Source of the DNA: Octopus vulgaris
Lineage: Eukaryota
NCBI GenBank assembly: GCA_951406725.2
Contig: OX597842.1
Coordinates: 11,780,001-11,844,000 of the forward strand
Length of the DNA: 64,000 nt
Reading direction: 5' to 3'
Under the pieces are notes generated by a model. It did not search any database. It saw nothing but the letters and a program-made list of their open reading frames with translations, and was not told where the DNA came from. The position numbers and the translations under genes are program-made. This document shows positions 54,033 to 64,000 of the stretch, piece by piece. How positions within the stretch are numbered: the first letter of the stretch is position 1; every line of letters begins with the position of its first letter.

Positions 54033-55150
54033 TTGAAAACCTGCCCGATAAATCTGAAGGCATGGAACTGTTGGTGCTGGACAGAGCTCAGTGGATAAGC
54101 ACGTGCTGCCAAACCGTCTCCGACTATAAGGCAACTAGTATTAGCACCCTGAAGGAGAGAAGAGCCCAGCATAAAGGAGCCTGGCCCAGTTTACCCCTAA
54201 ATGACGATGACCACCACTACAGCACGCAACAGGATCTGTAAATCCCGAGCAGGTCTGAATTGCCACCTGAGACAACACAACAAAACATCGAACTGAGATC
54301 AACTGTGTCCTGTTGAACCATTCTTTGTCGAAACTAAGACTGAATTCAGTAAATACACATATCTGTATTGACATCATCATCGTCATTATCATTTTCGTTT
54401 TACGTCTGCTATCCATGCTGGTGTTTTGTTTGACGACTCGTCACGTTCTGATCCAGCTCTTGTTTGGAGTAATTGCCCTCCTAGATACTCTGGGGAGTTA
54501 TGCATGTTTCACTTGCACTCGTGCGTTTCATATTTTCCGTGATTCCTAAGGCTAATGTGGTTCGTCAAAGTGGCCAAAGCCATCGAGTCATCCTAAAAGA
54601 TGACGGACATCTTGCGCAGTGACGCCTTTTAAAATGAAGAAGAGTTTCGCACCCCACCCCCCACCCACTCTCCTGTCCGTGACCAACTTCAATCCACTGA
54701 CAAGACCAAATCAAGATGGGTGTGGATGGTGACATGTTCAGCGGGTGACCAAGATGTCTTCCTGGCCTCATTTTGCTCTCTGCACTTCACAATGCGTTGC
54801 TGCAGACGCCTCCCCTCCGTTGACGGATCCGTCCTCCAGATCCAGTTTCCACATGCATACTTAGGCAAGCGCTAATACGCTGGTTAACCCATCACCGGGA
54901 CCCTAACAGGTGCTGCTACTCCTGGTCAGAGAAAACCTGGGAACACTAGGTGTTAAGCTGTGGTTCCATACCTCTGAAAACCGTTGAATTCCCAAAATGG
55001 TACCTCCACTATTGTAAGCAGCCTAAGGTCATACCCAGGACCATTCTAAGGGTAGATACCCTTACTAACAATGTACATGATAACACTTCCAATCAGTTAA
55101 AATTAGGAGCCATGAGAGCCACTGCCTGGTACAGCATCAGGGCATTTATT

Positions 55151-55271
55151 ATTTCGGGATCGATTAAATAAGTACCAGTTCCGCACTGGGGTCGATGTAA
55201 TTGACTTAATCCCTTTGTCTGTGTTTGTTTGTCCCTCTATGTTTAGCCCCCGGTGGGCAATTAAGAAATAA
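55151..55271 (+). mobile_element. 3' half of SINE family C running into (ATT)n
   Basis: TTTCGGGATCGATTAAATAAGTACC core and TAGCCCCCGGTGGGCAATTAAGAAAT tail. Confidence 0.8.
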
Positions 55272-55284
55272 ATTATTATTGTTG

Positions 55285-55337
<53 letters not shown>

Positions 55338-55407
55338 GTTACTACTACTACTACTATTATTATTATTACTACTACTACTACTACTATTATTATTATTATT
55401 ATTATTA

Positions 55408-55478
<71 letters not shown>

Positions 55479-55545
55479 GTTACTACTACTACTACTATTA
55501 TTATTACTACTACTACTACTACTATTATTATTATTATTATTATTA

Positions 55546-55601
<56 letters not shown>

Positions 55602-55668
55602 GTTACTACTACTACTACTATTATTATTACTACTACTACTACTACTATTATTATTATTATTATTATTA

Positions 55669-55727
<59 letters not shown>

Positions 55728-55794
55728 GTTACTACTACTACTACTATTATTATTACTACTACTACTACTACTATTATTATTATTATTATTATTA

Positions 55795-55874
<80 letters not shown>

Positions 55875-55941
55875 GTTACTACTACTACTACTATTATTAT
55901 TACTACTACTACTACTACTATTATTATTATTATTATTATTA

Positions 55942-56000
<59 letters not shown>

Positions 56001-56067
56001 GTTACTACTACTACTACTATTATTATTACTACTACTACTACTACTATTATTATTATTATTATTATTA

Positions 56068-56123
<56 letters not shown>

Positions 56124-56170
56124 GTTACTACTACTACTACTACTATTATTATTACTACTACTACTACTAC

Positions 56171-56234
<64 letters not shown>

Positions 56235-56301
56235 GTTACTACTACTACTACTATTATTATTACTACTACTACTACTACTATTATTATTATTATTATTATT
56301 A

Positions 56302-56357
<56 letters not shown>

Positions 56358-56427
56358 GTTGTTACTACTACTACTACTATTATTATTACTACTACTACTA
56401 CTACTATTATTATTATTATTATTATTA

Positions 56428-56492
<65 letters not shown>

Positions 56493-56559
56493 GTTACTAC
56501 TACTACTACTATTATTATTACTACTACTACTACTACTATTATTATTATTATTATTATTA

Positions 56560-56615
<56 letters not shown>

Positions 56616-56662
56616 GTTACTACTACTACTACTACTATTATTATTACTACTACTACTACTAC

Positions 56663-56740
<78 letters not shown>
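55272..56740. repeat. Higher-order (ATT)n/(ACT)n satellite, about 11 units of 110-150 bp
   Basis: Recurrent pattern GTT(ACT)5(ATT)3(ACT)6(ATT)7ATC(ATT)n. Confidence 0.93.
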
Positions 56741-57026
56741 GATAATCATTACCTTTGTACAGCATCCAACGCTGGAGATGTTCTACGGTGTCACCTGCTC
56801 ACTACCAGTGAACTAAGGTAACACCTCTTATTTTTCGAGCACCTGTTGGAGTATTCGAGCGGTTCCAAGCAATACTGTTTTCTGCAAGTGCTCCAGCCCC
56901 TATTTGTTCCACGTACTTCTCAAGATTTTACTGACTGTTCTCAGGGCTCCGACAATTATTGGTACTACTACCACCTTTTCCCCGACCACAACTGCTTAAC
57001 CTCCCAAGCTAGCCTGTCATATCTCT
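56741..57026 (-). mobile_element. Short 3' remnant of the same R4/Dong-like family as 10840-11356
   Basis: Shares CCAGTGAACTAAGGTAACACCTCTTATTTTTCGAGCACC and the RYDRLAWEVKQ coding segment. Flanked by (ATT)n. Confidence 0.85.
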
Positions 57027-57039
57027 GATATTATTATTA

Positions 57040-58278
<1,239 letters not shown>

Positions 58279-58364
58279 GTTTGACTTTTGCTTTACATTT
58301 GTACAAGTTGACAACAAGTCTCACCCAGAGACCTCAAGAGACAAGTTGGAAGATAATAATAATA

Positions 58365-58414
<50 letters not shown>

Positions 58415-58591
58415 GAAAGAATGCGACAGATTACTGACAGGATCGATAGAGCATCGTTATAAAATATGCCACATTCATTTTGTAACGCCACACACACATT
58501 AAATTCCGAGGTCAAATCGCCGCCGGGGTATGTCTTTCACTTTCTTTTTATGGTCAAATGAACTGCAATACGAATGCTGACGTCCATGGAA

Positions 58592-58647
<56 letters not shown>

Positions 58648-58656
58648 CTCTTTTTC

Positions 58657-59056
58657 TCTTTTACTTGTTTCAGTCATTTTGACTGCGGCCATGCTGGACC
58701 ACCGCCTTTAGTCGAGCAAATCGACCCCGGGACTTATTCTTTGTAAGCCCAGTACTTATTCTATCGGTCTATTTTGCCGAACCGCTAAGTAACGGGGACA
58801 TAAACACACCAGCATCGGTTGTCAAGCAATGCTAGGGGGATAAACACAGACACACAAACATACACATACACATATATATATATACATATATACGACAAGC
58901 TTCTTTCGGTTTCCGCCTACCAAATCAACTCACAAGGCATTGGTCGGCCCGGGGCTATAGCAGAAGACACTTGCCCAAGGTGCCACGCAGTGGGACTGAA
59001 CCCGGAACCATGTGGTTGGTTAGCACGCTACTTACCACACAGCCACTCCTGCGCCT
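58657..59056 (-). mobile_element. SINE family A, full length
   Basis: Reverse complement of the family consensus. Confidence 0.92.
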
Positions 59057-59301
59057 ATGTGCCATTATTATTATTATTATCCTCGTCGCCATGATTATCA
59101 TCGCCATCATCACCACCACCATCACCACCACCACCATCATCATCATCATTTACAGTGGCAAGATGGCCGAGACGTTAGCATGCCAGGCGAAGTGTTAAGC
59201 GTCATTTTGTCTGGCTTTACGTTATGAGTTCAAACTCCGCCGTCTTACCCCCTTCCAAGAATATGCTGACCTTGTGCCAAAATTCCTAATTATTATTATT
59301 A

Positions 59302-59336
<35 letters not shown>

Positions 59337-59674
59337 TTGTCCCATAATGCAATATTAAAGCGTTAATGTAATGTCACTTGGTACATTGCGTTTGGGACAG
59401 TCTAAATATATACACACACACACACAGCTGCGAGTGTGTGTGTGTGTGTGTAGACAGGGAGAGGGGGTTTGTGTTTATACCTACACTCATGAGAGTCTGT
59501 GCGCCTGTGCAAATGTATGTGAATTTGTGCGCAGAAGTATACGGGGCTATGTATGTGTGTTTGCGTGAAAGAATATATTCACATACCTATATATAAATAC
59601 ACACACACACACACGTGCATATATATTTATGTTGGTATATATTCCCAAACATATATATGTAAATATACAATATC

Positions 59675-59707
<33 letters not shown>

Positions 59708-59963
59708 TTATGTATACATATTATATATATATATTTATATATATGTATATATATATATTTGTGTGTATATATGTATATATATATTTGTGTTTATATATGT
59801 ATATGTATATGTATATATATATATATATGTATATATTTGTATGTATATATGTATATATAAGTATATATATGTATATATTTGTGTGCATATATGTATGTAT
59901 ATATATATATATATATATGTGTGTATATATATATATATTTATGTGTGTGGGTATCTTTGTGTG

Positions 59964-60017
<54 letters not shown>

Positions 60018-60280
60018 CAATATATATAGAAAGAGAGTGATGTATGTATGTATGTATGTACGTATATATATATATATATTACACACTCACGCAGTGCAAT
60101 CTGTGTGTGTCTGAGACCAATGTAGATGTCGTCTGGTATGAATGTTAAATCCAATTAAAACACAGTGCCATCATCATCACCATCACGCCACATAAAACAA
60201 GAACAACATGAACAACAGTGGCTGTAGCACCGTCATCATCACCAGCACCTTAAGCATCATCATCATCATCACCATTACTG

Positions 60281-60313
<33 letters not shown>

Positions 60314-60459
60314 CCACCATCGTAACATGACAACCATTATAATCATCATCATCAACATCACCGTCGTCCTCATCATCAACATCATCCTCATCATCATCAT
60401 TATCATCATCAACAACATCATTATTATCGTCGTCGTCATCATCATCATCATCATCACAG

Positions 60460-60496
<37 letters not shown>

Positions 60497-60849
60497 TATC
60501 ACCATCGTCATAAACATCATCATCATCATCATCACTATCACCACCACCATCGCCGCCACCATCGCCGCCATCGTCGTCGCCATCATCATCATGCTACATA
60601 AAGCAAGAACATTAACAATAATGGCATCAACCTCAGCACCAGCAACAACAACAACAACATCAATAAGCGGAACGTTAAAAAGCAGTCAAAATGGCGACGG
60701 CTACGCGGAGGACGGCGGCCATTTTAACTTCACCGAAAATGATGTCACGTGATGTTTACGAAGAAGAAATATTCCAAATCTACTTTATTTATTGCCCTGC
60801 GGCGAAAATTGAACAGAATCGAACCGTCCTGGTGGTTTTGGTTTTGTTG

Positions 60850-60881
<32 letters not shown>

Positions 60882-60972
60882 GGTGGTGGCTATGGGAGTG
60901 GTGAGGGCGCTGGTGTTGTTATTAGTGGTGGTGGCAATGGTGGTGGAGGTGTTGTCGTCGTTGTTGTTGTTG

Positions 60973-61003
<31 letters not shown>

Positions 61004-61619
61004 CTGTGGTGGTAGTGGTGATGGTGATTGTGGTTGTGGTGTGTGGTTGTGGTGGTTGTGGCTGTGGTGGTAGTGGTGATGGTGATAACGGTGGTGGTGA
61101 CGGTTTTGTTGTTGTTGTGGTGGTGGTGGTGGTGGTGGTGGTGGTGGTGGTGGTGGTGGTAGTAATGGTGATGATGATGTTGTGGTGGTGTAGGTGATGG
61201 TGATGGTGATGGTTATAGTGTTGTTATTTTTGTTGTGCTGGTGGTTTTGTTGTTGTTGTGGTGGTGGTGATGGTGATGTTGTTGTTGCTGTTGAGGTAAT
61301 GATAGTGGTGATGGTGATAGTGTTGCTATTGTTGTTGTTGTTGTGGTCGTGGTAATAGTGGTAATGGTGGTGCTGGTGGTGGTGGTGGCTATTGAGGGGG
61401 CGTGACGTTTTTGTTTTGTGTCTGTTGCCGTTGTCTTTACTGTTGTTGCTTAGCTCCCCCCCCCATGTGGCCTAAAATAACCCCACCCCCACCTCCACCT
61501 TAATTTTTATTTCTATCCGAAAAGGGGGTTAGCTTTAACGGAATATTACTATTATTTAACGGATTATTATTATTATTAATATTATTTTTATTATTATAAT
61601 TTTTATTTTGTTTATTAAT

Positions 61620-61637
61620 ATTATTATTATTATTATT

Positions 61638-61679
<42 letters not shown>

Positions 61680-61962
61680 ATTGTTGTTCAGATCACTGCA
61701 AGATTCCGAGTTCGATTCCAAGCAGTGACCTGAACAATAATAATAATAATAACAACAACAACAACAACAACATTGAAAAATACCTTAGGAATGAGAACAC
61801 AGGTTCGAAATTTCCCCAAGACACCTGATGAAGGCTGTAGGGTATATCAGCCGAAATGTTGTGTTAACAACAAACAAGATGAGGACAAATATTGGTCAAA
61901 TGTAAATAATGTAAATAATGTAAATAATGTAAATAATTCCTCATCTCTTAAATATAGAACTG
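61620..61962 (+). mobile_element. SINE-like element with box B, hammerhead and 5' inversion
   Basis: GAGTTCGATTCC at 61708-61719. 61620-61698 is the inverse of 61722-61770. Hammerhead at 61821-61864 and tandem AATGTAAAT near the 3' end. Confidence 0.65.
61821..61864 (+). ncRNA. Minimal type I hammerhead motif
   Basis: acac-CTGATGA-a-ggctg-tagggtatat-cagcc-GAAA-tg-TT-gtgt. Confidence 0.75.
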
Positions 61963-62129
61963 CTTAAAGATATAGTTGAGAAAAGGTCAGCTGACGTAGA
62001 GGATTGAAAGCCAATTGGATATTAGGAAAGAGTTACATGTCCCGGGATGGTTCGCCCCGGGTATTTAAAATACCGACGTCATGACCGCTGATCGAATCTC
62101 CGTAAACACTGTAAAGGCTGTAAGACGTG

Positions 62130-62600
62130 ACGTAGTCATCATGGAATCCAAGTTACCCCAAACTATGGTGCCCTTTCAGTGTGTCTCCAACGAGGGTAAC
62201 GTCATGCTGCTCTATATCTTTAAACAAGCCCTTAGTTTCAAATCATACGACTATATGAAGATGGTAGAGTGTGAAGTTAAACCTTGGCTGGCGAGGCTTG
62301 CTGTTGACTGGTCATGTGTGACCGGAGAATTTAGTTGCTTGCCATAACTCTGGAAAGAGTCAGAGATGGTTGTCGGAGAATTTCTACCACTTCACAAGCC
62401 CTGATTTCTGGTCTCCTAATTCTCCCGATTTTAATTCCGTGCATATGTGGGTCACAGTTGAGAAAGATATCAAACGCTCTGCCGGCAACGTCAAGGCCGA
62501 GCTCATGGCCAAGATCAAGGTCACAGTGAGGAACACATACGCTGGGTTCCGGAACAGCCATGGAGCCATAGTTGACGCTGAAGTCAGCAAATTTGAGAAG
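62130..62600 (+). pseudogene. Decayed Tc1/mariner-superfamily (maT/DD37D-like) transposase
   Basis: TMVPFQCVSNEGNVMLLYIFKQAL..EVKPWL and, in another frame, DFWSPNSPDFNSVHMW (compare the FWPPNSPDLNP motif). Confidence 0.65.
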
Positions 62601-62999
62601 GTCGTAACGGATAAAGTGGCGGAAGGGTCATATTAGCTTGTGGCGTGTAATGTGTAATGTGGGGGTCTATGTATATGTGAGGATATAATGTGCGTGAGGG
62701 GATATGTGTTGGGTATAGTGGGGGATAGCTATTTGCGGGGTGTCCGCATTATAGGGGTGTGCGTACGTGTACATGGGTGCGATAGTGTGTGCTTTGGTCA
62801 AACTCTTTTGCCGGGCTCAAAGACATTGGTAGAAGGTCATTTGTGGAAGGTCGAGGCAGGGAACCTGTGGTTGCTGTAATGGTGGGGTACACAGGTACGA
62901 TAGAATGAACTTCCTTTCATGCGGGTAAGAATTAAACACCTCACTCCTGTTATTCAGTGTGTGTGTGTATGTGTGTGTGAATGTGTGTGTGTGTGTGTG

Positions 63000-63638
63000 T
63001 GCTAACGTATACAGTGTGGCAAAAAAAAGAATAGATAAAAGATTTCGATTACTCGTATAACGAACAATTTGATTAACGAACAGAGCTCCGAAACAAATTG
63101 TATTCGTATATAGAAACCGCACTGTATATATTTGTGTCAGTGGATATCTGTGAGTGCGCGCGCGTGTGTGTGTGTGTGTGTGCTAATGTATACTGTGTGG
63201 AAAACAAGAAACGTTAAAAGATTTTGATTACTCGTATAACGAACAGAGCTCCGAAACAAATTCTATTCGTATATAGAAACCGCACTGTGTGTGTGTGCTA
63301 ATGTATGCTGTGTGGCAAAAAAAGAAACGATAAAAGATTTCGATTACTCGTATAACGAACAATTTGATTAACGAACAGAGCTCCGATACAAATTGTATTC
63401 GTATATAGAAACCGCACTGTATATATTTGTGTCATTGGATATCTGTGTGTGTGTATGTGTGCGTGTGTGTGTGTGTGTGTGTGGAAAAAAAGAAACGATA
63501 AAAGATTTCGATTACTCGTATAACGAACAATTTAATTAACGAACAGAGCTCCGAAACAAATTGTATTTGTATATAGAAACTGCACTGTATATATTTGTGT
63601 CAGTGGATATCTGTGAGTGCGTGCGTGCGTGTGTGTGC

Positions 63639-63721
<83 letters not shown>

Positions 63722-63826
63722 AATGTATACTGTGTGACAAAAAAAGAAACGTTAAAAGATTTCGATTACTCGTATAACGAACAGAGCTCCGAAACAAATT
63801 GTATACGTATATAGAAACCGCACTGT
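63000..63826. repeat. Five tandem ~105-125-bp units separated by (TG)n
   Basis: AAAAGATTTCGATTACTCGTATAACGAAC..AGAGCTCCGAAACAAATTGTATTCGTATATAGAAACCGCACTGT near 63001, 63182, 63297, 63478 and 63719. Confidence 0.92.
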
Positions 63827-63852
63827 GTGTGTGTGTATGCGTATGTGTGTGC

Positions 63853-63900
<48 letters not shown>

Positions 63901-64000
63901 GTGTGTGTCTGTCTGTGCTGTGTGGCTTGAAGGACATTTGACTAGACACTCAGGCCTATGGTGCAAACAACAATGCCGTCAGTTTACGAAACGCCGTGAA

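Noticed and set aside
54895-55045. Possible structured or ribozyme-like old repeat (ACCCTAACAGGTGCTGCTACTCCTGGTCAGAG...)
   Set aside because: Single degraded copy in the window, and I could not build a consistent fold by eye.

Overview
Repeat-saturated, microsatellite-rich animal genomic DNA. The SINE repertoire suggests an Octopus-like cephalopod (inference). I found no convincing host protein-coding exon, and almost all ORFs in the supplied track are translations of simple repeats. The main content is: (1) two near-identical, full-length, head-to-tail Tx1-like LINEs (ORF1 with a CCHC knuckle; ORF2 APE-RT-zinc finger, intact in copy 1) sitting in (ATT)n inside one arm of a TA-flanked MITE, whose other arm preserves the empty target site; (2) about a dozen type I hammerhead ribozyme motifs in several families of short non-coding elements with Penelope-like direct/inverted repeat architecture, mostly embedded in (TA)n, including a 584-bp retrozyme-like unit and a box-B SINE-like element carrying a hammerhead; (3) three 5'-truncated R4/Dong-like RLE LINE remnants in (TAA)n; (4) at least three tRNA-type SINE families, one with a 3' tail resembling the Tx1 3' end; (5) mariner, maT-like, Helitron and MITE relics; (6) several higher-order satellites. 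All coordinates and alignments were read by eye, so element boundaries may be off by a few bases.
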